From Macrostomum lignano (Eukaryota), in assembly GCA_002269645.1 (NCBI GenBank), contig NIVC01001057.1, positions 190,594-254,593 on the forward strand: 64,000 nt of DNA, in the 5' to 3' direction. Position numbers and translations under genes: made by a program. Shown here piece by piece: positions 12,690-25,729 of the stretch. Numbering within the stretch: the first letter of the stretch is position 1; every line of letters starts with the position of its first letter. The notes under the pieces were generated by a model. The model made no database searches and was not told the origin of the DNA. It saw nothing but the letters and a program-made list of their open reading frames with translations.

Positions 12690-13035
12690 GATGAGAGGAG
12701 AGGTGAGAGTCAGACAAGAGGAGATGGAGAGTCAGACAGAAGAGAGTCAGAGAAGAGGAGAGGGAAGAGTCAGACAAGGGGATAAGGGAGAGTCAGACAG
12801 AGGAGATGGAGATCAGAGAGAGGAATGGGAGAGTCAGAGAAGGGGAAGATAGGAGAGTCAGAGAAGAGGGATGGGAGAGTCAGAGAAGAGGAGATGAGAG
12901 TCAGAGAGAGAGAGAGATGAGAGGAGATTGGAGTCAGACAAGAGGAGAGCTGGGAGTCAGATGAGAGAAGATGGGAGAGAGACAAGAGGAAATGGGAGAG
13001 TAAGCAGAATAGGAGATGGGAGAGTCAGGGAGAGA
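12690..13035. repeat. GA-rich degenerate repeat
   Basis: Recurring GAGAGTCAGA with strong purine strand bias. Confidence 0.85.
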
Positions 13036-13359
13036 ACTAAACTAGCGAACAAAATCGGAAGTGCATTTCTACAAAAGGTCATCGGAGACCAGAGAGAGTC
13101 AGGGCAGCAGGCAGTCAGGTCAGGGGGGTAAGGATTAACCAGAAGAGCCGTGAAGGACAGACTCGAGCAGAAGTAAAGAAGCAAAACCTCACTAAAAAGG
13201 ATTCAAAGCATAAATATTTAATCCCGGGGTGTCACAAAAGCTCTCGAGGCCAGAAACCTGTTGGAGGCCTCCACTCTTCAATGCAGCCTGTCTCTCTTTC
13301 CCTTCCCTAACTAAAGCAGCGAAACCTCCCAGCTTCCGGGCTTCCGGATGAGGCTGCGG

Positions 13360-13435
13360 GCAGCCAATGGCTCGGAGGCCCCTAAAGCAGATCATTGGCT
13401 CGCTACGGGGGCGGCGGAGGGCGGGGCGGGGCGCC
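13360..13435 (+). promoter_or_regulatory. CCAAT / GC-box cluster upstream of Pax exon 1A
   Basis: GCCAAT ~13363, inverted ATTGGC ~13392 and GGGCGGGGCGGGGC ~13420-13433. Confidence 0.4.
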
Positions 13436-13664
13436 GCTTTCACTGGCGAGGCGCGATGAAGGGAATTTCGATGAGGCTTGGAGGCGGCTGGGGTGGCGCG
13501 CCGGTTTGCTGGGCTGCTGGAGCGGGGGAATTGCGAGCGGCGCTGAGAGAGCAAATAAAAAGGAGGCGGAGAGGGCGATGAGGCATCTTCTTGCGACTCT
13601 GCTGAAGCAGAAGATTTTGTCGACAATAAAAGCTGCAAGTTAAGCTTCTTTTGGGCCAGCTGAG

Positions 13665-16600
13665 ATGGACAGCCTGAAGTACCTGTGGCAGTGGTCCGCT
13701 CCCTCGGCCAGGGGAGCCGCTGAACTTCCCGGATCTGCCGAGGCCGCCGCCGCCTCCCAGTTTCTCAGCGCCGCGGCCGCCGGCGGCGGCGCAGGCGGCG
13801 GCGCAGGCGGCGGTTGCGGAGGCGGCAGCGGCGGCGGCGGGTCGCACGCGACTGCGATGGGCTACCACCGGGCCTGCCTGTACCCGCCGGGCCCGGGGCC
13901 CTCGCCCTACTGCCCCTACCCGTCGCCCTCCCAGGCCAGCTCGTTCTACGAGGACGTGTACATGCGGGCCAAGGGCGGCAAGGGAAAGGGTGAGTCTCCT
14001 CCGAGCTGCTCCCCGGGGGTGTCGCGTGCTGGTCTGGATGCTGAGCATTTCACAGGGCCCTGCCTCGCATCCGTGGCCCCGGCTCTTTGCCTTGTTTTCT
14101 AGCTGCAGATTTCCCAAAAGGCTGGGGAGCTGATCGCCTCTCATTGCTGTTTCTGGCGAATTCAATCGCTGAATTTTTCATGTACCTGAGACTCAGCTTC
14201 ATCAGCTTCATTACAAAACAAAAAGCCGCAGTCTGCCAGGCTCCCTTGGGACCGGTAAAAATTCATTGCTTATGCTCATAGGTGATCTGGGACAAATTGG
14301 CGGAGCACCCGATCGCTGAATTATGCAGCACCGACTTTCCCTCACCATTTTATTGCCGAAAGTTTTTTCTTAAAAAAATTCAAACATCTGCTGAGAGCCG
14401 TCGCGGCGCTTATTTGTCCCCCCCCTTGATGGCGCTGGCACCTCCCTTAATTGGCTGGGACGCCTCGCTTTGTCAGATCTGTTTCTCTGATTTTGATTGT
14501 TTTATTGCTGTGCTGTCTGAGTTCATTGCTTGGTGGCTCTCATGTTGGCACTGCTGCAGAGCGGGCTGCGCTCTCTGCGTGTCTTACGGAGTTTTTGGCC
14601 TCTTCCGCTGAATAATTAATCGGCTCTGCAGCCGGGGAGTCCCAGATCCTGACCAGCGCTGGTGAGATCGCAGCAGATCACTTTCGGAAGCAGGGCAAGA
14701 ATTAATGAATTTGTATTGGGGCTGGCAGGCGGGTTCTCACGCCAAGTTCATTATTTGTAAATGCAATATTTTTTGCACTGGCTAATTTGCACTGGCTAAC
14801 TGGCTGAAATCGCAGGGCCAAGCCAGGCGGAAGTCAGGGGCGGGGAGTTGCGTATGCAAATTCGTTTGCGCAAGCGCAGAGACACGGGGGCGGAGAAAGT
14901 GAGAGAAACTCAGTCCTGTCAGCCACTTCAGCCGCTGGGCAGCCAGAACTGCTGTGGTTGGAAATGAACAACACCAACACTTCACTCAGCGGCCACCACT
15001 CATGAGAAGGCGCGCAGCTTCATCTCCAGTCTCCCTCTTCTTGTGCTTCATCGCGCCGACTCCGGCATCCTGCAGCAGCCGCCCCCCCCCGCGGCGAAGC
15101 CTCAAAGAAGCCGCCGCCACGCCGCTGTCCCTTTGTGCGCGCCGGGGGGGGGGCGGCCTCTCAGATCCACTCTTCTTTTCTTGTTGCCCAATTGCGCTAA
15201 TTTAATTGCGTTACAAGTTGCAAGAAAAGTGATTTACGTCTCGTTACCCTCTGAGCAGCCACTCCGGGCCCGGCTCCCCATTCTCCCATCGGCCCCAAAT
15301 GCACATGCGTTTCCTGGAATGAGAGCCGTCCCTAACCCAGTTAAGTCCATGCCGGGACCTCCCTATAGCGCTCGCTAATCAAGAGGGGCTGATTTGGGGG
15401 GGGGGTCACGGCTCCGGGCGTATAAAATACGGAATTTCCGTGGCGTGGCTTTATTGCGTCCGCCAGCCCAGCTTCCTGGCCGCATCGGCATATATTGCTC
15501 AGGCCTGAGATCCTCTCGCTTCTCCTTGGCTGGGGTTTTCCTCGCTTTGCAAGTGCGAATTCGCAGACTCGCGCCCGGCATAGCAGATGGACAGCGGCGG
15601 CAGCGGCCGCGGCAAAGGCGGAAACCCGCAGGAGTCCCTGCTGCGGTTGCACCTTCTTGGCATGTACCTGAAGAACATCGGTGAGCAGCATCATGGAGCT
15701 TCCATGGCCCTCAGAGATCTGAATAGCGCTCCCAGTGGCGCTCCCAGTGGCGCTCCCAGTGGCGCTCCCAGTGGCGCTCCCAGTGGCGCTCCTAGTGGCG
15801 CTCCCAGTGGCGCTCCTAGTGGCGCTCCCAGTGGCGCTCTCAGTGGCGCTCCCAGTGGCGCTCTCAGTGGCGCTCCCAGTGGCGCTCTCAGTGGCGCTCT
15901 CAGTGGCGCTCTCAGTGGCGCTCCCAGTGGCGCTCCCAGTGGCGCTCTCAGTGGCGCTCCAAGTGGCGCTCCCAGTGGCGCTCCCAGTGGCGCTCCCTGT
16001 GGTATTTAAAAAGGCGCTCCTGGGATCACTTCAAATGGCGCTCCCAAAAGAGCTACCACTGGCGCTTCTAATGGCGCTTCTAATGGCGCTTCTAGTGGCG
16101 CTTCTGATGGCGCTTCTTATGACGCTTCTAATGGCGCTTGTAATGGCGCTTTTAATGGCGCTTCTAATGGCGCTTCTAGTGGCGCTTCTAGTGGCGCTTC
16201 TAGTGGCGCTTCTAATGGCGCTTCCAATAGCCTTATAAGCAAGAATAACTTCCATGCCCCTTCATTGGTGACCCCAACGCCACTCTTGTTCGACCCCGCA
16301 GGCCACGGCGGCATCAACCAGCTGGGCGGAGCCTTCGTGAACGGCCGCCCGCTGCCTGACTTCACCCGCAACCAGATTGTCGAACTGGCGCAGCGCGGCG
16401 TCCGGCCCTGCGACATCAGCCGGCGGCTCCGCGTCAGCCACGGCTGCGTGTCGAAGATTCTCGGCCGGTTCTACGAGACCGGCAGCATCCGGCCTGGCGT
16501 CATCGGCGGCTCCAAGCCGAAGGTGGCCACCCCCTCGGTGGTGGACGCCATCTGCAAGTACAAGGCCGACAATCCCACCATGTTCGCCTGGGAGATCCGC

Positions 16601-16917
16601 GACATGCTGCTGTCCGAGGGCGTCTGCTCGCAGGACACCGTGCCCTCCGTGTCCTCCATCAACCGCATCGTGCGGAACAAGGCGGCCGAGCGGGGCGGCC
16701 AGTCCGGAGATGACGAGGACGAGGGCCGCGCGCCCAGCTGCGATGGGCGGGAGCAGCAGCAGCAGCCGCCACCTCAGCAGGCCGCCAGCAGCAGCGCCGG
16801 CTCCCATCAGGGCTTGCTGCTGTCGAGCCACGCGGCCTACACCATCAAGGGGCTGCTGGGCGGTCTGAACTCCGCGGCCACTGCCAAAGACGGCCAGCAG
16901 CAGCAACAGCAACAGCA

Positions 16918-16953
<36 letters not shown>

Positions 16954-19900
16954 GAGTCAGCACCAGCAGCTGCTGCTGGCCGGTGACTCTTCGCCGGGAA
17001 GCTCTTCCGTCAGCAACGGCGCCCTGTCGGATGAGAATCAGAACAGCCTGCAGCAGCAGCAGCAACAGCAGCAGAGGAAACGCCGACACATGCAGATGCA
17101 GCACTTGAATGACCCGGGTGAGCTGCTTTGATTTCTGTGGCGTTTCTCAAGCTCGAATCTTTACCAGCTCGAATCTTTACCAGCTCCAATCTTTACCAGC
17201 TCCAATCTTTACCAGCTCGAATCTTTACCAGCTCGAATCTTTACCAGCTCGAATCTTTACCAGCTCGAATCTTTACCAGCTCGAACTTTACCAGCTCGAA
17301 TCTTTACCAGCTCGAATCTTTACCAGCTCGAATCTTTACCAGCTCGAATCTTTACCAGCTCGAATCTTTACCAGCTCGAATCTTTACCAGCTCGAATCTT
17401 TACCAGCTAGAATCTTTACCAGCTCGAATCTTTACCAGCTCGAATATTTACCAGCTCCAATCTTTACCAGCTCGAATCTTTACCAGCTAGAATCTTTACC
17501 AGCTCGAATCTTTACCAGCTCGAATCTTTACCAGCTCGAATCTTTACCAGCTAGAATCTTTACCAGCTCGAATCTTTACCAGCTCGCATCTTTACCAGCT
17601 CCAATCATTACCAGCTCGAATCTTTACCAGCTCCAATCATTACCAGCTCGAATCTTTACCAGCTCGAATCTTTACCAGCTCGAATCTTTACCAGCTCGAA
17701 TCTTTACCAGCTCGAATCTTTACCAGCTCGAATCTTTACCAGCTCGAATCTTTACCAGCTCGAATCTTTACCAGCTCGAATCTTTACCAGCTCGAATCTT
17801 TACCAGCTCGAATCTTTACCAGCTCGAATCTTTACCAGCTATTGTAGAATCTTTACCAGCTCCAATCTTTACCAGCTCCAATCTTTACCAGCTCAATCTT
17901 TACCAGCTCGAATCTTTACCAGCTCGAATCTTTACCAGCTCGAATCTTTACCAGCTCGAATCTTTACCAGCTCGAATCTTTACCAGCTCGAATCTTTACC
18001 AGCTCGAATCTTTACCAGCTCGAATCTTTACCAGCTCGAATCTTTACCAGCTCGAATCTTTACCAGCTCGAATCTTTACCAGCTCGAATCTTTACCAGCT
18101 CGAATCTTTACCAGCTCAATCTTTACCAGCTCGAATCTTTACCAGCTCGAATCTTTACCAGCTCGAATCTTTACCAGCTCGAATCTTTACCAGCTCGAAT
18201 CTTTACCAGCTCGAATCTTTACCAGCTCGAATCTTTACCAGCTCGAATCTTTACCAGCTCGAATCTTTACCAGCTCGAATCTTTACCAGCTCGAATCTTT
18301 ACCAGCTAGAATCTTTACCAGCTAGAATCTTTACCAGCTAGAATCTTTACAGCTAGAATCTTTACCAGCTCCAATCTTTACCAGCTAGAATCTTTACCAG
18401 CTAGAATCTTTACCAGCTAGAATCTTTACCAGCTAGAATCTTTACCAGCTAGAATCTTTACCAGCTAGAATCTTTACCAGCTCCAATCTTTACCAGCTAG
18501 AATCTTTACCAGCTAGAATCTTTACCAGCTAGAATCTTTTCCAGCTAGAATCTTTACCAGCTAGAATCTTTACCAGCTAGAATCTTTACCAGCTAGAATC
18601 TTTACCAGCTAGAATCTTTACCAGCTAGAATCTTTACCAGCTAGAATCTTTACCAGCTAGAATCTTTACCAGCTAGAATCTTTACCAGCTAGAATCTTTA
18701 CCAGCTAGAATCTTTACCAGCTAGAATCTTTACCAGCTAGAATCTTTACCAGCTAGAATCTTTACCAGCTAGAATCTTTACCAGGGCCTGCAACCCGGCC
18801 TTCCATTCATTTCAGACGCCACCAAGGAGCAGCAGTGCCACCGCCAGTCGCCACCGGATCGCCTAGAGGTGAGCATATTTGATTTATGTTTCCAAGGAAT
18901 ACAAAGCATTCCCATGGCCGAGTGACTCATTGAATAGAAATTCCAACCTCTTTCACAATCCAGTGGCTGTCACCGTCCAAGCGGATCAAAGTGGAGTCGC
19001 CAATTCCGGGCTCGAACCCCGGACTTCTGCCTGCACTCAGCGCCCAGCAGGCGGCGGCAGCGGCGGCGGCAGCGGCGGCGGCCTACGGCATCCCGCCGCA
19101 GGAGCCGCAGTTCTACCCGGCCTCCGCTGGCGTCCGGCACGCCGGGGGCTATCACGGCCATAGCAACCACTTGGCAACCGAGCCGCAGTCGCTTCAGCCT
19201 CACCAGCCGCCTCAGCAGCCGCCGCCGCAGCATCAGCAACAGCCACCGCCTCCTCAGCCGCCGCAGCAGCCGGCGCTGCATCTGGAGTCGGACAGTCCGA
19301 AGCTGGACGAGTTCCGAGCGCATTACGGACTGCCGGCAGCGCACCAGTACGGAGCCACCGCCAGCTACGCTGCGGAGTACGCGGCAGCCGCCGCCTATCA
19401 AGGCTACGCCAGCCAGCACTACGCCAGCCAGCACTACGGCGCTCACCAAGATGCCACCGCCGCCTCCTCCTGGTTTCTGCAGTCCGCCTACGGCGCGCAC
19501 ACCAGGATGAGTGAGTGCTGAGGGAGCCTCGCCAGGTTCAGGGGGTTGGTTTGTCGGGATCCCACGGGGCTTTAGGACATTGTTTCAACTGGGATTCATA
19601 CGGGAGATTCATCCGGGGTTCCGGAAACTTCAGGTTGGGGATTCATCCGGGGTTCCGGAAACTTCAGGTTGGGGATTCATCCGGGGTTCCGGAAACTTCA
19701 GTTTGGGGATTCATCCAGAGGTTCCGGAAACTTCAGGTTGGGGATTCATCCAGGGGTTCCGGAAACTTCAGGTTGGAGATTCATCCGGGGGTTTCTAAGA
19801 AAATTCAGAAGTTATCGATATAGGGAGCTTTAATTCATTTTAAAATCTCATTATTTTATTTAACAAAGCACCCAAAACGCCACTTTCACGACAGCCTACT

Positions 19901-20018
19901 ATCAGTAGGCAAGCATCGCAAATTCGAATGAAATTAAATCAAGCCCGATCCTCCCGCAGACCCGCAGTACTATTACCCCTCAGCACCTGCCGCTGTCGCA
20001 AACGAAGGCCACTGCTGA
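13665..20018 (+). CDS. pax2/5/8: Pax2/5/8 paired-box transcription factor (isoform A, 571 aa)
   Basis: Exons 13665-13989, 16302-17117, 18816-18868, ~19048-19510 and 19960-20018 are phase-compatible and total 1716 nt. Paired domain [79 protein letters not shown]. Octapeptide YTIKGLLG, no full homeodomain, and a C-terminal SSWF..NPQYYPS resembling the Pax2/5/8 activation tail. The 19048 acceptor is chosen for frame; 19051 is equally possible. Confidence 0.9.
15421..15427 (+). promoter_or_regulatory. TATA box for Pax alternative exon 1B
   Basis: TATAAAA 166 bp upstream of ATG 15587. Confidence 0.5.
15587..15680 (+). CDS. pax2/5/8: Alternative first coding exon (1B) of Pax2/5/8
   Basis: Encodes [31 protein letters not shown] followed by G|GTGAGC. 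This phase-1 donor matches the phase-1 acceptor at 16302, giving a 494-aa isoform. Confidence 0.6.
15727..16225. repeat. Two related 12-bp arrays in the Pax intron
   Basis: GCGCTCCCAGTG at ~15727-15997, then GCGCTTCTAATG at ~16035-16225. Confidence 0.94.
17152..18783. repeat. 16-bp tandem array (~100 copies) in the Pax intron
   Basis: Unit CTCGAATCTTTACCAG, switching to CTAGAATC.. from ~18305. Confidence 0.97.
19608..19790. repeat. ~31-33-bp tandem repeat in the last Pax intron
   Basis: Mirror of 8887-9070. Confidence 0.92.
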
Positions 20019-20544
20019 CCCAACCTGCCTGACTGCCACTGCGCGATGTTGCCTCTGCCGCTGCTTGTCCACTCCGCACTTTTCTGTCTACCTAGTCCCA
20101 GTGTTTGCAATCAGCCTCTCCGCCCTCCCTCAGCCTGTCAATTTCTGCTTTTTTGTCGTCACTTTTTGTTGTTGTTCTTGTTTTTCAAACTTCTTTTAGT
20201 CGCCTGTTGATGTTCTTGCCTGTAGCCACTTGTTGAACTTTCACCGCCGGACTCTCGTTTCCTCAGCTGTAAAACGCGCTCTGCAATGCTAAGATACTAC
20301 TGGGGTTTCTCTCAGATATGCAGCTCTCTATACATTTAGTGTGTAGCAAAGTCTGCAAAATATACGCTGGAATATCTGTATTCTTCTTCTGCAAGAGGCC
20401 GCCTGTTCAGCGATAAGCCAACTGAATCCAATGATGCATTTTTCCTGTAGTCATTTTTCCTTTCTAAATTTGTCCGTATTGGCCTACTTAAAGTAGAATA
20501 AAAGCGTATTTTCCTAATTCTTTCTAAGCTTTGTATCGGAGAAT

Positions 20545-21350
20545 GCTCTGTCTAGCACATTCTCTGTCTAGCACATTCTCTGTCCAACACATGATTTGTC
20601 TAACACATTATCTCTCTAACACCAACACATGTCTTAACACATTTGTCTACACACATTATCTCTCTAACACATTCCCTGTCTAACACATGATTTGTCTAAC
20701 ACAGTATCTCTCTAACACATTCCCTGTCTAACACATGATTTGTCTAACACAGTCTCTCTAACACATTCCCTGTCTATTATCTCTCTAACACATTTGTCTA
20801 ACACAGATCTGTCTAACACATTATCTGTCTAACACATTCTCTGTCTAACACATTATCTGTCTAACACATCCCTGTCTAACGAATTATCTCTCTAACACAT
20901 TCCCTGTCTAACACATGATTTGTCTAACACAGTATCTCTCTATAACACATTCTCTGTCTAACACATTATCTGCCTAACACAGTCTCTGTCTAACACATTA
21001 TCTGCCTAACACATCCCTTGTCTAACGAATTATATCTCTAACACATTCCCTGTCTAACACATGATTTGTCTAACATAGTATCTCTCTATAACACATAACA
21101 CATTCTCTGTCTAACACATTATCTGCCTAACACAGTCTCTGTCTAACACATTATCTGCCTAACACATCCCTTGTCTAACGAATTATATCTCTAACACATT
21201 CCCTGTCTAACACATGATTTGTCTAACATAGTATCTCTCTATAACACATTCTCTGTCTAACACATTATCTGCCTAACACAGTCTCTGTCTAACACATTAT
21301 CTGCCTAACACATCCCTTGTCTAACGAATTATATCTCTAACACATTCTCT
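20545..21350. repeat. Degenerate minisatellite between the Pax and GATA 3' ends
   Basis: Mirror of 7355-8135 (TCTGTCTAACACAT variants). Confidence 0.92.
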
Positions 21351-21749
21351 GACACAAAGCAGTTGAGTGAAATTTTCAACTAAAATAAACCCAGTCAGTC
21401 GGCACTCCCAGGAGCTGGCAATAAAATTCCCAAAGATACACAAATTGTTTCATATATATTAGCCCGCACAAACAACACTCACACTCAAGTATAAGTTTTA
21501 CACTGCTCATATTAAATAACAAGTAAATAAATACTGTAAAATTAAAACTCAGTACACATTGCAAGAAAGCATCAAAAGTACGCAGTGTAAACGTAAAAAA
21601 AGAAAATTAAATGTGCGCTTGACGTGTGCATGCTGTGTGAACATCAAGACTCCATTTTTATGCTTTTTTGTTATCCACAACTGCGCCACCGTCCCTACTT
21701 GCAGTAGTCAGTTCAAGTAGTAAATATTTGCACAATTATCAGTCGGGCT

Positions 21750-24700
21750 TCACAGCAGGCCCGAAAGGAGGTCGCCGCTGACGAAGGCGCCTCCCAGAAT
21801 CCCTGCTGTGGATGCCGGGTACCGCGGCGGCGGCGGCGGCGGCGGCTGTTGCTGCGGCTGCTGCGGGGGCGGTGGTGGCGGAGGTGGAGGCGGCGGCTGC
21901 TGCTGCTGGTGCTGCGGTGGCGGCGGCGGTGGCAGCGCAGGCAGCCCCGAAGTCACGTGACTAAAGTGGCTTCCCGGAGCGGCGCTCTCCAAGCCGCTGA
22001 CGGTGCCGGCGCTAGCGCCACTGCCGGCGCCTCCACCGAAGTAGTTCGCCGCCGGGAACTGGAAGCTGTGCATGGCGCTGCGCATCAGGTCGCTCATCGC
22101 GTCCAGCTCCTTCTTCTTCTTGCTCTTGATGGAGCTCTTGCGGTTGCGCGACTGGATTGAGTCCTTCTTCATGCTGATGGGCCGGTCCACCTGGTGCAGC
22201 TTGAAGTACAGGCCGCAGGCGTTGCACACCGACTCGCCCTTGTGGTTGCGGCGCCACAAAGTCGTCTGCGTGGTGGCGCAGTTCGAGCAGGTCGTGCCGG
22301 CGCGGCGCTGCGCCGACTGCGTGTGGGTAGGAGTGACGGACTGTGAGTGACGGATTGTGAGTGACGGACTGTGAGTGACAGACTGTGAGTGACGGATTGT
22401 GAGTGACGGACTGTGAGTGACGGACTGTGAGTGACGGACTGTGAGTGACGGACTGTGAGTGACGGATTGTGAGTGACGGATTGTGAGTGACGGACTGTGA
22501 GTGACGGATTGTGAGTGACGGATTGTGAGTGACAGACTGTGAGTGACGGATTGTGAGTGACGGACTGTGAGTGACGGACTAAGAGTGACGGATTGTGAGT
22601 GACCGACTGTGAGTGACGGATTGTGAGTGACGGACTGTGAGTGACGGACTGTGAGTGACGGACTGTGAGTGACGGACTGTGAGTGACGGATTGTGAGTGA
22701 CGGACTGTGAGTGACGGATTGTGAGTGACGGATTGTGAGTGACGGATTGTGAGTGACGGATTGTGAGTGACGGATTGTGAGTGACGGATTGTGAGTGACG
22801 GATTGTGAGTGACGGATTGTGAGTGACGGATTGTGAGTGACGGATTGTGAGTGACGGATTGTGAGTGACGGATCGGGAGTGATCGAAAAGATTCGAGCCC
22901 CTGCTCACCATGCGCCGTTTTGGCTTGATGAGCGGCCGGCTCTGCCCGTTCATCTTATGGTACAGGCCGCATGCGTTGCACAGGTAGTGGCCACCTCCGT
23001 CCCGGCGCCACAGTGGGGTGGCCGTGGCACCGCAGTTCACGCACTCGCGACTCTCTGTGGGGTTGTGCGGCAGTGAGTGCTGAAGGATGATGGCACGGGG
23101 ACACATACTGTAATATTATGCAATAGGATCGCTGGTCCATGGGATCACTCTATGGGATTCAATGGAAGAGATTGCGCTCTAAGATGCGATCACAATATGA
23201 GATCACACTATGAGATCACATTATGAGATCACACTATGAGATCACACTATGAGATCACACTATAAGATCACACTATGAGATCACATTATGAGATCACACT
23301 ATGAGATCACACTATGAGATCATACTATGAGATCACACTATGAGATCACACTATGAGATCACTCTGAGAGATCACACTATGAGATCACACAATGAGATCA
23401 CACTATGAGATCACACTATGAGATCACACTATGAGATCACACTATGAGATCACACTATGAGATCACACTATGAGATCACACTATGAGATCACAATAAGAG
23501 ATCACACTATGAGATCACACCATTGAGATCACACCATGAGATCAAGCTACGAAATTCTCACCCGAGGCGTTCCTGGCCCGAGCCTTAAACTGGTGCAGGC
23601 GTCCAACCAGGTGTCCTGGATAGTGCTGGTGGTGCTGGTGGTGCTGGTGCTGCGGGTTCATGCGGAACAGTGACGGGTGAATCCCCAGCGGGTTCCTGGC
23701 GTATTCGGCGGCCGCTGCGGCTGCCGGGAAGTAGGGCTGGTAGGGGGAGCTGAAGCTGGCGGGATACGAGCCCGGGAAGCCGGCCTCTGAGTTTGGCTGG
23801 TGACCGAAAGCGAAACCAAAGCCATTGCTGCCGCCGCTGCCGCCGCTGCCGCCGCTGCTGCTGTGCTGCAGGTGCTGCTGGTGGTGCTGGTGCTGCAGCT
23901 GGTGCTGTAGCTGGTGTTGCTGGTACTGCTGCAGCTGGTGCTGCTGCGCCGCCGGGTCAGGGAAGTTCGACCAGCAGGTCTGGATGCCCACCGGGTAGCC
24001 AATGGCGTCTGCGCGATGGAAGAAGGTAATGTACTGCTGTGAGTACTGTGGGGACTATGACTACTGTGAGTACTGTGAATACTGTGAATACTGTGACTAC
24101 TGTGAGTACTGTGAATACTGTGAGTACTGTGAGTACTGTGAATACTGTGACTACTGTGAGTACTGTGAGTACTGTGAGTACTGTGAGTACTGTGAGTACT
24201 GTGAGTACTGTGAGACACAATGGTTCAGGGCTGGTTTTCTATTTAGTTTGTTGCACACATTTTAATGAGAGATTCGTTTATTATTCCTTTGTTGCTACGG
24301 TCGCGGCCATTTTCTAGTGAGGAACGGGCCAGTTGGGATCTGCAATTGGGAATCCTGACGGGAGCTCCAGACTCACCCTGGCCCAGCCCGAGCTCCGCTT
24401 TGATTGGCTGGCCCTGGCCGGACATGTAGGCGCCGCCGCCGAACAGGCCGGACTCCTGGTGGTGATGCGGCATTGCGCAGCCGCCGCCGGCCAGGTGCTG
24501 CTGATGCTGCTGCTGGATGAACTTCTCAGGAGACTCGTCGCCGCTGTCAGTCAGGCGCTGGCCAGCAGACTGGCTGACTCCGGAGCAGTCCGACTCTGCG
24601 GTCGCTGCCGCAGCTGCAGACGATGCTGTCGTTGTCGTGGCCGCGGCAGCTGCGGCTGCCGCTGCGGCTGCGGCGGCGGCAGCGGTGGCGGCCGCTGTAG

Positions 24701-24818
24701 CTGCAGCAGCCGAAGAGGGATCTTCGACGTCTCCACCGACGGTCCGGTGGTGCCAGGAGTAGGGGGGCTGCTGCACCGCGCCGCAGTCCCTGCCGGAGTG
24801 CGCCTGGAGGATCTCCAT
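21750..24818 (-). CDS. gata1/2/3: GATA1/2/3-class transcription factor, copy 2 (inverted duplicate)
   Basis: Exons 24818-24377, 24008-23562, 23054-22909 and 22316-21750. The translations in the ORF track are identical to copy 1. Confidence 0.93.
22334..22872. repeat. 14-bp intronic array (mirror of 5762-6372, about 5 units shorter)
   Basis: Unit GTGAGTGACGGATT / GTGAGTGACGGACT. Confidence 0.95.
23190..23545. repeat. 13-bp intronic array (mirror of 5070-5445)
   Basis: Unit GATCACACTATGA. Confidence 0.95.
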
Positions 24819-24849
24819 GCTGCACGGACGGAGGCCAGGAGGGGGGCGA

Positions 24850-25100
24850 GTGTGAGAGATGGAGATTGAGTAGAGATGGAGAGGGAGAGATGGAGATCGA
24901 GTAGAGATGGAGAGGTAGCGAGGGAGATTGAGTAGAGATGGAGAGGGAGAGAGGGAGATTGAGTAGAGATGGAGAGGGAGAGAGGGAGATTGAGTAGAGA
25001 TGGAGAGGGAGCGAGGGAGATTGAGTAGAGATGGAGAGGGAGAGATGGAGATCGAGTAGAGATGGAGAGGGAGCGATGGAGATTGAGTAGAGATGGAGAA
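24850..25100. repeat. ~31-bp GA-rich array before the GATA ATG exon (about 5 more units than the left copy at ~3650-3750)
   Basis: Unit GAGATTGAGTAGAGATGGAGAGGGAGAGAGG. Confidence 0.9.
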
Positions 25101-25729
25101 AAATACAATACGCGAACGAGTCACAAAGGAGATAGAAGGGGAGAGGGAGAAAGAGAGAGATGGAGAGAAAGGAGACGGTGGCAGGGGGTGAGCTGAGATC
25201 AGCATGTGTAGGTGACGGGAGCAGCAGCCCAGACAGCCAGAATTTTCCCAACACAATGGGGGCGCGTCGGATGCGTGTCATTGCTGAAAAATCAACAAAT
25301 TCACCTACAAAAGCAGATTTTCAACCTGACACGGGTTGGAATTGAATAGATGGGGATTTAATATTTGTGGGGAATCGGGAGGGGATAAAAGCGGCCGGTT
25401 GTCAGTTTAATCCCACTCTATGGACGCATAAAATCCCGCCCTGAGACACAGCAGAGTCGGCGCTCCCTGATCCCATCTGTTGCAGAATTTGTCCTCCAGA
25501 GTCAGGGAGCTCTAAACAGAATATCTGGAGCTCCGTTTGACTGCACCAGCTGCTCTGAAATCCCACATGAACTTGTATCAACTTTGGTACATGTAATACC
25601 GTGTTGCTCCATGCTTTGAGCAATTAAGGCAAGTGCTTGAACTGCTGGCACAGAAGGCTGTGGGACACTCAAAAAATGGAACTAGGGACGCCTCAAGCCA
25701 AAAAGCTGAAGTTTAGTCAGCCTTGCCAG

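Noticed and set aside
16262-17104. Antisense and alternate-frame ORFs over GATA, Pax, CYP, pol and UBE2N exons
   Set aside because: Shadow ORFs expected from GC3-rich, CAG/GCC-rich coding DNA; no independent motifs.
17109-18341. Long periodic ORFs in arrays (also 1572-2169, 2697-3117, 15735-16238, 29716-30615, 35306-37252, 40843-41969, 63403-63990)
   Set aside because: They are translations of stop-free tandem units, open in several frames and strands, and lie in introns or intergenic DNA.
16302-19510. Pax6/PaxB or a partial homeodomain
   Set aside because: No homeodomain was found. [11 protein letters not shown] is only faintly like the Pax2/5/8 remnant, while the paired domain and octapeptide fit Pax2/5/8.
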